The notes beneath the pieces are model-generated. The model was not told the origin of the DNA. It saw only the letters and a list, made by a program, of their open reading frames with translations, and searched no databases. The position numbers were made by a program, and so were the translations under genes. Below are positions 16,162-24,099 of a stretch of DNA of 64,000 nt, piece after piece (within the stretch, counting starts at the first letter, position 1; each line of letters starts with the position of its first letter). The stretch spans positions 8,167 to 72,166 of the forward strand of contig JAITQO010000016.1 in the NCBI GenBank assembly GCA_031288835.1, read 5' to 3'. Source of the DNA: Rickettsiales bacterium. GTDB taxonomy: Bacteria > Pseudomonadota > Alphaproteobacteria > Rs-D84.

Positions 16162-16395
16162 TTATGCGACTCTGCAAAAAGAGTCCGACAAGTACTTATT
16201 CACGGCTTCAACCGGATAAAGGATATTTTTTCCGCGTTTATAAAACGCGATACCCTTTCTGGCATTCCGCCATCTCATAAGCGTGCGCGGGTCACAACAT
16301 AAAATTGTGCTGACTTCTTTAGGGGAAAGCTCTCCCTCAAAGACCACTTGTTTCGGAGTTCTATCTGTCGCTGGCTGAAGTTTGTATCTTGCCAT
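16162..16395 (-). CDS. helix-turn-helix DNA-binding protein (excisionase/AlpA-like)
   Basis: 77 aa; ...EVSTILCCDPRTLMRWRNARKGIAFYKRGKNILYPVEAVNKYL. Divergent from the recombinase gene. Confidence 0.6.
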   Translation of the reverse strand: MARYKLQPATDRTPKQVVFEGELSPKEVSTILCCDPRTLMRWRNARKGIAFYKRGKNILYPVEAVNKYLSDSFCRVA

Positions 16396-16474
16396 CGGAG
16401 ATACCCCCTTGATGAAAATGGGTTAACTCCTGGGAAACGCCTAAAACCAGTATTGTTTGGTTTTTGTGCTGTCT

Positions 16475-16492
16475 GAGTCCTGTACAGGACTC
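16475..16492. promoter_or_regulatory. perfect 18-bp palindrome GAGTCCTGTACAGGACTC (candidate operator)
   Basis: Located in the divergent HTH/recombinase intergenic region. Confidence 0.5.
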
Positions 16493-16597
16493 CGCGACGT
16501 TTACCCCATTAATATAGCGCGATTTTTTTAATTTTCAAGCCCCCCTGTATTTCCGTCTAAAAATCTGCATTTGCACCCCTAAAACAAAGTTATTTTT

Positions 16598-16637
16598 TAG
16601 TCGCTAATTAATTTGACTTCCTGCGATTAGTAAGGCC
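16598..16637 (+). promoter_or_regulatory. conserved island promoter/operator element, copy C
   Basis: gCTAATtaatTTGACTTcctgCGATTAGTAAGg; 27/40 ungapped identity to copy B. GTAAG ends 30 nt upstream of the recombinase ATG, the same offset as copies A and B. Confidence 0.5.
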
Positions 16638-16664
16638 AAATGGACGTAACAAAGAGGTAGAAAC

Positions 16665-18153
16665 ATGAACAAAACCAAATGCGCGATATACGTCCGAAAG
16701 TCCAGTGAGCGCGGACTCGACCAAGAATTCAACAGCTTGGACAATCAAGAACTCGCGTGCAAGAGCTATATCACGTCACAGCAGTTCCAAGGATGGCGGC
16801 ATATTAAAACATACGCCGATGGAGGCATCTCCGGCGGCACGATGGCGCGGCCTGGATTGCAGGAACTACTGACCGACATCCGCGATGGGAAAGCTGACCT
16901 TGAATATGCTCCTATCGTTCGCAGAGTTCGAGCGCGAGATCGCGTCCGAGCGCGTACGCGATAAAATGAGAGCGACCAAATCCAAAGGATTGTGGGTCGG
17001 CGGCGTGCCTCCGCTCGGCTACGATATAGAATACGGAAAACTCGTTCCGAATGAAACCGAAATCCCCATCGTGCTTGACGTGTTCAATACATATTTGGAA
17101 AGCACCGGACTAATGGAATGCCGCGACAAGATTATCGCCAAAGGCATCCATCGCAAGGAGTGGACAACTAAAAAAGGTGAAATAAAAGGCGGATTGGAAT
17201 TTATCTGCAACAGCGTGGAACGGATTCTGAAAAACCAAATCTACCTTGGCAAGCTTCCCAACAAATCCACCAACGAGGTGTTCGATGGTCAGCACGAAGC
17301 CATCGTGCCGCAGGAGCTGTTCGATGCCGTTCAGAAAAAACTCAGCGACAATAACAATCATAAGGACAGACCATACTGCCGTGGGCTACCGCTCCTGCAC
17401 CAAAAGGTATTCACCGCCGATGGGGTTCAGTTCAAGAATCAGAAATGCAATAAAGACCAACTCCGCCAGTACCGCTACTACAAATGCGGCAAGGTATCGC
17501 TCCCTGCCGGAGACGTTGAAACCATCGTCTGCGACCAAGTCAAAAAGTTCCTGGACTCTGATATGTTCTGCCTAACCAAAGACAAGCGCGGAGAGTTGAA
17601 AAAATTGGAATACAGCGAGCCGCTAGTAAAACAGATAGTCGACAGAGTCGTGTACGCAAACCATAAACTGACCATCTTCCTCAATGTGGCTGACATGGAT
17701 GGCCTCGCGCCGTTCAAGAAAGACGGATACATCAACCAAGCGAATGAGTTCATGGACAGCTATCTGACCGAGGATGGCAAGCAGGCTGTGCTTGAAAAAG
17801 AGATATTCATATCAAGCCGGACTTGCATCAACCGCCTGCACGAGGGCGGCGAAGTCAACGTGCTGACCAAGACCGAAACCGCGACCATGCTCATCAAGGC
17901 ATTGTCCTACGGGTGGAAATACAAAAAGGATTATGAGTCCGGCACAGGTATCAAAGCCCTTGCCGAGCAGGAACAGCGCAATCAGCGAACCATATACAAA
18001 TATCTGAACCTTGCATACCTGTCGCCGAGGATTACCAACGACATCATGAACAACGAAATCCCCACAGGCATGAACCTGCAGACCCTGTTCAAGATTGCGT
18101 CTGCCTGCGATGACTTCTCGGTGCAGGAAAAGTTCTTCTACGCCGCCGCATAA
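16665..18153 (+). pseudogene. large serine recombinase with internal out-of-frame deletion
   Basis: ORF 16665.. (CAIYVRKSSERGLDQEFNSLDNQ...YADGGISGG...RPGLQELLTDIRDGK) switches frame at gATGGGAAAg (16885..16892) into ORF 16885.. (GKLTLNMLLSFAEFEREIASERVRDK...). The roughly 45-aa segment normally carrying the DRLSR-type motif is absent. Confidence 0.75.
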
Positions 18154-18176
18154 GCCCCCCCCATACCATAGTCAAC

Positions 18177-18200
18177 CCGCCGGAAACGGCGGTGATTTTT
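18177..18200 (+). terminator. Rho-independent terminator after recombinase gene
   Basis: CCGCCG-gaaa-CGGCGG followed by tgaTTTTT. Confidence 0.6.
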
Positions 18201-18348
18201 CGCGCCGTCCGGCGCGTGCGCTGGCTTTATTGACTCGGTGGAAATGGGCATTGTATAGAAAGCCGGATATTTGGCGGCAAAAAGGCACTTTCGAACCCCA
18301 TACCTAAGTCAATAGATGTGTGAAGCCCGCAGATAGCGGGCTTCACAC

Positions 18349-18375
18349 GAGAAAAGTCGCCGTGACTGGCGACTT
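18349..18375 (-). terminator. hairpin plus T-rich tract downstream of tRNA-Pro
   Basis: Minus-strand reading AAGTCGCC-agtcac-GGCGACTT-TTCTC. A second 13-bp-stem hairpin lies at 18318..18348. Confidence 0.4.
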
Positions 18376-18382
18376 CCTAATC

Positions 18383-18394
18383 TTATGGTCGGGG
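18383..18394. repeat. right copy of 12-bp direct repeat TTATGGTCGGGG
   Basis: Covers the last 9 nt of tRNA-Pro (CCCCG-A-CCA on the minus strand) plus 3 nt of trailer. Confidence 0.6.
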
Positions 18395-18462
18395 CGAGAG
18401 GGTTCGAACCTCCGACATCTTGCTCCCAAAGCAAGCACTCTACCAGGCTGAGCTACGCCCCG
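18386..18462 (-). tRNA. tRNA-Pro (anticodon UGG)
   Basis: Reverse complement CGGGGCGTAGCTCAGCCTGGTAGAGTGCTTGCTTTGGGAGCAAG...GGTTCGAACCCTCTCGCCCCGACCA folds as a cloverleaf. Anticodon loop TTTGGGA; CCA is encoded. Confidence 0.9.
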
Positions 18463-18497
18463 TTTTGACCCTGCGATTATATTATAAAACTTTTCTT

Positions 18498-18525
18498 TTG
18501 CAAGGTGTTATTTTTGGTGTATAAT
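18498..18525 (+). promoter_or_regulatory. sigma70-type promoter TTGCAA-N16-TATAAT
   Basis: TTGCAA 18498..18503, TATAAT 18520..18525, upstream of the TolC-family gene. Confidence 0.45.
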
Positions 18526-18547
18526 TGCCGAAAAGAGAGAATAAATC

Positions 18548-19834
18548 ATGAAAATTATGAAAAAATGCATTCTTCCGCTGCTAGCGGTTTTCCCGTTCGC
18601 CGCCCATGCCGCCGAATGCCCGGAGCTGAGGTCGGAAAATACGCTGCACGAAATCATCGAAATCGGTTTGTGCCGCAACCCGACGACAAAGATGGGATAT
18701 TTGTCGCTTGAAACCTCGCGCCTGTCCAAAAACTCCGCGTATTCCAAATACTTGCCGTCGATTAGCGCCAACGCTGGCGCGAGCGCATCTTCCCGCGACA
18801 ACTTCGACGCGTGGGGCAAAAGCGCCTCCATTTCCGCGTCGTATCTGATATTTGATTTTGGAAAAAGATACAGCGAACTGTCGCGCCTGGCCGCGATTTG
18901 GCGCGCGACCGGATTCGATTACGAGGAATCCGTTCAAAACTATGTCTATTCCGTCATCGGCGCGTATTACGGCCTGCTGACCAGCGACGCGGAGCTGAAG
19001 GCGAACGCGGAGGTCTTCCGCGTGGCCGGTGACGCGAAGACGACCGCCGATAAAAAGTTCAAGGCGGGCGCCGTGGCCAAGGCGGACGTGCTGAAGGCCG
19101 AAACGACGCTGGCGTCGCGGAAAACCGATTTGGAGCGCTCGAAAGGAAACCGCGAGATTGCGAGCGCGAAATTGTTGTCCCTTTTGTCCCTGCCGCAGGG
19201 AACAAAAATAAAAATCAAGGACATGCCGGCGGAGTTCGGCGGCTCGTCGGAGGCGGAAGATATAGAGGAGCTGCTGGAAACGGCGCGGAAACAGCGCCCC
19301 GACCTGATGTCGGCCGCGGCCTCGGTCGACGCCGCGTGGCATGCGCGGAACATCGCGTTCATGCAGCATCTGCCGACAATCAATGCGTCTGGCAAAATCA
19401 TTTATGATTTGGATGCGAATACGAAAAGCTCCGAAATCGGCGTCAGTGTCTCGGTGCCGTTGTTCGCCGGGTTCGCGAATGTTTACAACGACCGGATTGC
19501 GATGCTGAATTACGAGCGCGCGAAGGAGTCCGAGCGCGCGAAACGGGATTCGGTCGCGCTGGACGTATGGACGGCGTTCGAAAATTACAAGACCGCGCGG
19601 GAAGTGTTGGAATCGACGAACGCGCTCTTGAAATCCGCGAAGGAATCTGAAAAAGTCGTCGCCGGAATGTATAAAGTGGGGCGCAGCACCATGCTGGACT
19701 GGCAGTCGAGCCAGGCGGATTTGGCCAGCGCGCAGCGCCAGAACGCCGCGGCGAAATACGACTTGTTCATAAAGCGCGCCGCGCTGGCAATGGCAGTCGG
19801 GGATTTGAGGGACGATGGACAAGGGATAGAGTGA
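18548..19834 (+). CDS. TolC-family outer-membrane efflux protein
   Basis: Signal peptide MKIMKKCILPLLAVFPFAAHA. Two-repeat helical/strand pattern with motifs such as LSL..S.....NS.YSKYLPSISANA and YKVGRSTMLDWQSSQADLASAQRQ. Confidence 0.75.
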   Translation: MKIMKKCILPLLAVFPFAAHAAECPELRSENTLHEIIEIGLCRNPTTKMGYLSLETSRLSKNSAYSKYLPSISANAGASASSRDNFDAWGKSASISASYLIFDFGKRYSELSRLAAIWRATGFDYEESVQNYVYSVIGAYYGLLTSDAELKANAEVFRVAGDAKTTADKKFKAGAVAKADVLKAETTLASRKTDLERSKGNREIASAKLLSLLSLPQGTKIKIKDMPAEFGGSSEAEDIEELLETARKQRPDLMSAAASVDAAWHARNIAFMQHLPTINASGKIIYDLDANTKSSEIGVSVSVPLFAGFANVYNDRIAMLNYERAKESERAKRDSVALDVWTAFENYKTAREVLESTNALLKSAKESEKVVAGMYKVGRSTMLDWQSSQADLASAQRQNAAAKYDLFIKRAALAMAVGDLRDDGQGIE

Positions 19835-19871
19835 TAAAGTTATGAAACTCTGCCGCTTTGTTGCTGATAAT

Positions 19872-19900
19872 TTGTGTTTGCCGAAATTATCCGGTATAAT
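19872..19900 (+). promoter_or_regulatory. promoter with TATAAT 6 nt before the obg ATG (leaderless candidate)
   Basis: TTGTGT 19872..19877, 17-nt spacer, TATAAT 19895..19900, ATG 19907. Confidence 0.45.
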
Positions 19901-19906
19901 CCGTTT

Positions 19907-20902
19907 ATGAAGTTCCTAGACCGGGCGAAGATTACCGTGCGCTCCGGAAACGGCGGCAACGGTTCCGCCAGCTTCCGGCATGCGAAATACGTCGAATACG
20001 GCGGGCCGGACGGCGGCGACGGCGGCCGCGGCGGCGACGTGATTTTCCGCGCGGTGCCGAATGTGAACACATTGATAGACTTTCGGTTCAAACAGCGGTT
20101 CGACGCCGAAAACGGCGCATCCGGCAGCGGCGCGATGAAAACCGGCAAATCCGGCGCCGCCATTGTCATAAACGTTCCGACCGGCACGGAAATATTGTCG
20201 GAGAACGAGGAATTGGTTTACGCCGATTTGGCGCGCGACGGGGACGAATGGCTGGCGTGCCGCGGCGGAAACGGCGGATGGGGCAACCTGCATTTCAAGT
20301 CTTCGACAAACCGCGCGCCGACGCAGCGCAACGACGGGCTGCCGGGCGAGGAGCGGACATTGATATTGCGGCTGAAACTGATTGCGGACGCGGGATTGGT
20401 CGGATTTCCGAACGCGGGCAAAAGTTCGCTTTTGGCGGCGATTACGAACGCGCGGCCGAAAATCGCGGATTATCAATTCACGACCCTGCATCCGGGATTG
20501 GGCGTCATGTATTCGCATGGAAAAGAGTTCGTGCTGGTGGATTTGCCCGGACTGCTTGAAGGCGCGGCGGACGGGGTGGGGCTGGGCGACAGATTCCTCG
20601 GGCATGCCGAGCGGACAAAGCTGATTCTGCATGTGATTGACGCGTCCGAGGATGATATCGCCGGACGATATCTGACAATCAGAAAGGAAATGAGGCTATA
20701 TGGCGGCGACCTGGTGTCGAAGCCGGAAATCATCGTCCTGAACAAAATTGATTTGCTGGACGCCGGGATGGTACGGGACAAGGCGAATCAGTTGAAAAAG
20801 GCTGCGAAAAAAACTTTGGTTGTTCCAATCAGCGCCGCGGGGCGTCTTGGGTTGGACGAATTGAAATCCGCCGTGGAAAAGGTGTTTGTGCCCGGAAAGT
20901 GA
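19907..20902 (+). CDS. obg: GTPase Obg/CgtA
   Basis: MKFLDRAKITVRSGNGGNGSASFRHAKYVEYGGPDGGDGGRGGDV..., then G1 GFPNAGKSS and NKIDL. Confidence 0.95.
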   Translation: MKFLDRAKITVRSGNGGNGSASFRHAKYVEYGGPDGGDGGRGGDVIFRAVPNVNTLIDFRFKQRFDAENGASGSGAMKTGKSGAAIVINVPTGTEILSENEELVYADLARDGDEWLACRGGNGGWGNLHFKSSTNRAPTQRNDGLPGEERTLILRLKLIADAGLVGFPNAGKSSLLAAITNARPKIADYQFTTLHPGLGVMYSHGKEFVLVDLPGLLEGAADGVGLGDRFLGHAERTKLILHVIDASEDDIAGRYLTIRKEMRLYGGDLVSKPEIIVLNKIDLLDAGMVRDKANQLKKAAKKTLVVPISAAGRLGLDELKSAVEKVFVPGK

Positions 20903-20985
20903 TGTAGTGACGGAATTACGGCGCATTTTGTTCTTTTTACAGAAATCACAATGTTATTTTGTTTGAGATAGATACAAATACCTTT

Positions 20986-21013
20986 TTGAAAACAGCAGCT
21001 TTTATGATAAAAT
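20986..21013 (+). promoter_or_regulatory. promoter TTGAAA-N16-TGaTAAAAT
   Basis: TTGAAA 20986..20991 and TAAAAT 21008..21013, upstream of the gene at 21027. Confidence 0.4.
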
Positions 21014-21026
21014 ACCGAAAGAGAGA

Positions 21027-22637
21027 ATGATAAAGCGCTTTTTTCCGTTTGCCGTTTGTTTTTTGATTTCCGCGCCGCTGCGGGCCGCGCAATACGGCCG
21101 CGATGTTGTGCAGATGATGGCGTTGCAGGCGTCGGCCGGCGCGAATCAGGCGGAACTGGCGGGGGAGTTGCCGGTGCGAATATTGGAGCAGCAATTGGAG
21201 AACGAAATCCGCGCCGGAAACCATGCCGTGACGCTTGCAGACCTTGAAAAATGCAAGTTCGTTTACCCGAACGGTTCGTTCGCTTGGGGCAAGCCGACGG
21301 TGGGGGCGGTATCGCCGGACAAGCCGACGTGCGTTGCCGAGGTCTATATAAAAAACGGCGACGGCGTCCAGTCCGACAAGGCGGTCGCCTTAGCGTATGT
21401 CCCGGCCGGCAGTTCAATCAAATGCAATATCAGCGAGTTTCCCGAGGCCGGATATCAGCCCGCGGCGGAACAGGTAATGTTCCCAGCGGACAGAGAGCCG
21501 ACGGTTGAGGAAGTCGAAGAGGCGATGAACAAGGAGCAGAAGCAGAACGCCGGAATAAAATCCCTGACCGCCGCGCTGATTGGCGGCGCCGGAATGTTCA
21601 TCGCGTCCGGGGACGCCGGCATGGGCAAGAAAGTGGCCGCGACGGCCGCCGGCGCCGCGGGCGCCGGCGGCCTGGCATACGCCAGCACCCAGACGGGCAA
21701 GGTCATGGGCGACACGATTATGTCCGCCGGAATGAACGCCGCCGCGGGCGCGGTTGTCGGAAATATGGGCGCGGGCATGGCGTCGGGCGGGGATTCCATA
21801 CTGATGGTTAAAGATTGCCTGAACGACGAGGGCAAGCCCGACGGCCGGAAATGCCTGTGGGGGTATGTTAGGACAGACGGAACCTCTGTGCTAACATATA
21901 GCGATAGCTCTAGTGGTAGCAGAACTTGTTATTATAAAAATGATGGCACTGTGGTTTGTCAGGTAAAAGAAGAAAATGTAAAATATGAACCAGTATTCAA
22001 CACGTCAAATATAAAGTTTAACAATACGCCTGACGACGTATCCTCGATGACGGATAAAACTTGGGCGGATTATTTTAATACAAACAAAAACGAGAGTGGT
22101 AATATAGGGTGTTTTGAAAGGGAAGAAAATTATTACAAGCATAATGATATCAACGGCTGCACGGTGGAAAACTTTTTCGTAAAAATAAAATCTGGAATGG
22201 TGAATGCCAAAAGCAAACTGGCGATGATAGAGGATTTCGGCAAGGACGGGTTTTTTGGAACAACGATGCGGGAATACAACGCGAACAAGCCGGATGGCAA
22301 AATCGTCGTCGGACGCAAAACCGACGGCACCAGAAATCATGTGGAAAACGAGGAGTACACGGTCGCCAATTTCGTCCCGCTGACCGTCGGCGCGGATGAC
22401 GGCGACACGGTCGACTTTCAAAACAAGGCGCGATTGAAAGGAACGATGATTGGCGCGGGGGCCGGCGCGGCCGTCGGGGCGCTGGCGTCGTTCCAGGGCG
22501 CGAAAGCCGAGGTTCAGGAAAGATATCTTGTCGAATTGGAAAAATACGAAGGCTCGCTTAAAAACTTTTACTGCATCACCGGAAGTAGGTACCTCGGCAA
22601 ATACAACGAAGAAATCTTGATAGACCCGATGAAATGA
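21027..22637 (+). CDS. secreted hypothetical protein with Gly/Ala-rich glycine-zipper-like segments
   Basis: Signal peptide MIKRFFPFAVCFLISAPLRA/AQ. Also LIGGAGMFIASGDAGMG...AAGAAGAGGLAYA...AAAGAVVGNMGAGMASGG and GTMIGAGAGAAVGALASF. Confidence 0.6.
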   Translation: MIKRFFPFAVCFLISAPLRAAQYGRDVVQMMALQASAGANQAELAGELPVRILEQQLENEIRAGNHAVTLADLEKCKFVYPNGSFAWGKPTVGAVSPDKPTCVAEVYIKNGDGVQSDKAVALAYVPAGSSIKCNISEFPEAGYQPAAEQVMFPADREPTVEEVEEAMNKEQKQNAGIKSLTAALIGGAGMFIASGDAGMGKKVAATAAGAAGAGGLAYASTQTGKVMGDTIMSAGMNAAAGAVVGNMGAGMASGGDSILMVKDCLNDEGKPDGRKCLWGYVRTDGTSVLTYSDSSSGSRTCYYKNDGTVVCQVKEENVKYEPVFNTSNIKFNNTPDDVSSMTDKTWADYFNTNKNESGNIGCFEREENYYKHNDINGCTVENFFVKIKSGMVNAKSKLAMIEDFGKDGFFGTTMREYNANKPDGKIVVGRKTDGTRNHVENEEYTVANFVPLTVGADDGDTVDFQNKARLKGTMIGAGAGAAVGALASFQGAKAEVQERYLVELEKYEGSLKNFYCITGSRYLGKYNEEILIDPMK

Positions 22638-22734
22638 CTATCGGGCTTTCCCTGCGATTCCGGCCATATCCGAAATGACAAAAAACTTTTACCGCCAGGG
22701 TTCCGTTCCGTCGCGGGCGGGATGAAAAAACCAT

Positions 22735-22762
22735 TTGCAAAACGGCGAAAAAGTATTAGAAT
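22735..22762 (+). promoter_or_regulatory. promoter TTGCAA-N16-TAGAAT for rpmF-plsX
   Basis: TTGCAA 22735..22740 and TAGAAT 22757..22762; SD aaggaag lies before ATG 22798. Confidence 0.4.
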
Positions 22763-22797
22763 GAATCGTCAAATAACGAAATCGAAAGGAAGATGCC

Positions 22798-22971
22798 ATG
22801 GCAGTGCCGAAAAAGAAAAAGTCAGCCGCGAAAAGCAAACAACACCGCTCGCATGACGCGTTGGATGCAATGCCGGCCTCGAGATGCCCGAAATGCGGCG
22901 AGATGCGTCGCCCGCACCATATATGTCCCGCTTGCGGCTCATACGGCGACTTGCAGGTTATTTCCAAATAA
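22798..22971 (+). CDS. rpmF: 50S ribosomal protein L32
   Basis: Hand translation gives MAVPKKKKSAAKSKQHRSHDALDAMPASRCPKCGEMRRPHHICPACGSYGDLQVISK* (57 aa, below the track's size cutoff). Classic rpmF-plsX arrangement. Confidence 0.9.
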   Translation: MAVPKKKKSAAKSKQHRSHDALDAMPASRCPKCGEMRRPHHICPACGSYGDLQVISK

Positions 22972-22976
22972 TCGAA

Positions 22977-24032
22977 ATGCCACGCGAAAAGAAGATTATC
23001 GCAATCGACGCCTTTGGCGGCGACCACGCCCCGAAGGCGGTCTTTGGCGGAATGAACCAATTCTTGTTCCTGAACGGCGAGGATTCGGTGTTCTTCCGCA
23101 TTTTCGGCGACGAAGAGCAGCTGCGCCCGCTGCTGAACAAATATCCGCGCGTGGCGCGCAACTCGGTCATCGTGAGCGCCGCGGACAAAATCAAGCCGAC
23201 CGACAAAGTATCCGAAGTAATCCGACGCGCCTCCGAAACGTCGATGTTCAAGGCAATCAAGGATGTCCGCGACGGCGCGTCCTGCGCCGTCGTGTCGGCC
23301 GGGAACACGGGCGTTCTGATGGCGCTGGCGAAACTGGGGCTGAAAGCCATCGAAGGCATATCGCGTCCGGCAATCACCACCATGCTGCCCGCGGGCGGAG
23401 GGGACGAGCGCGTCGTCGTGCTCGATTTGGGCGCGAATATCAACTGCGACGAAAAGATGCTGTTCGACTTCGCAATCCTGGGCGTCGTTTATTCCGAAAC
23501 AATCGGCGGGCGGCCGCGCCCTAAACTCGGGCTCTTGAACATAGGCGAGGAAGACCAGAAGGGATTGGAGGCGCTGCGGAAGCTTAACAAGGTTCTTCAG
23601 GAGCGCAGGGACGAGCTGCCATACGAATACATCGGATTCATCGAGGGCAACGACATCGGCGGCGGCAGGGTTCAGGTTGTCGTCACGGACGGATTCACCG
23701 GAAACATAGTCCTTAAAACAGTCGAGGGAACCGCGAAGCTGATAAAGCGCATTCTTATGGACGCGTTGAAAAAGTCCGTGCTGGCGATAATCGGCGCGTT
23801 TTTCCTGGTGAACGTCTTCAAGCAGCTGAAGCACAAAATCGACCCGCGCTCCTACGCCGGCGCGGTCCTTATGGGCGTGAACGGATTCGTGGTGAAGACG
23901 CACGGGTCAAGCGACGCGCTGACATTCTCGAACGCAATCGGATATGCGGCGAAAATGGCGGACAATGACGTCATCGGCAAAATCAGATACCATGCAGAAA
24001 AACTGGCGGAAGTCAAAAAGCTGCTGAAATGA
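22977..24032 (+). CDS. plsX: phosphate acyltransferase PlsX
   Basis: MPREKKIIAIDAFGGDHAPKAV...VVSAGNTGVLMA...GFTGNIVLKTVEG. ATG 22977 lies 5 nt after the rpmF stop. Confidence 0.9.
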   Translation: MPREKKIIAIDAFGGDHAPKAVFGGMNQFLFLNGEDSVFFRIFGDEEQLRPLLNKYPRVARNSVIVSAADKIKPTDKVSEVIRRASETSMFKAIKDVRDGASCAVVSAGNTGVLMALAKLGLKAIEGISRPAITTMLPAGGGDERVVVLDLGANINCDEKMLFDFAILGVVYSETIGGRPRPKLGLLNIGEEDQKGLEALRKLNKVLQERRDELPYEYIGFIEGNDIGGGRVQVVVTDGFTGNIVLKTVEGTAKLIKRILMDALKKSVLAIIGAFFLVNVFKQLKHKIDPRSYAGAVLMGVNGFVVKTHGSSDALTFSNAIGYAAKMADNDVIGKIRYHAEKLAEVKKLLK

Positions 24033-24067
24033 GAACTGCGAAAACCTTTTGCCCCGGTTCCCGTTCG

Positions 24068-24076
24068 TGCTATAAT
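24068..24076 (+). promoter_or_regulatory. extended -10 TGcTATAAT upstream of olsB-like gene
   Basis: TATAAT 24071..24076; SD aaaggag lies before ATG 24100. Confidence 0.4.
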
Positions 24077-24099
24077 TCGAAGCAAAGGAGTTATCGCGC

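Larger units (their letters stand above)
3272..18394. mobile_element. tRNA-Pro-associated genomic island (degraded integrative phage/plasmid-like element with defence cargo)
   Basis: 12-bp direct repeats at both ends, and a serine recombinase gene next to the tRNA. Phage-type genes are present (DUF5681 small-terminase-like, TerL fragment, ParB-methylase, DUF2924, DUF3768, HTH). R-M/nuclease cargo is present, and codon usage is clearly AT-richer than the flanks. A weaker partial repeat ATGGTCGG at 2794..2801 may mark an outer or older boundary. Confidence 0.65.

Noticed and set aside
16880-16965. Overlap of the two recombinase ORFs as a programmed ribosomal frameshift.
   Set aside because: A conserved block of the catalytic domain, about 45 aa, is missing between the two parts. 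No slippery heptamer or downstream structure is evident. A deletion is the simpler explanation.
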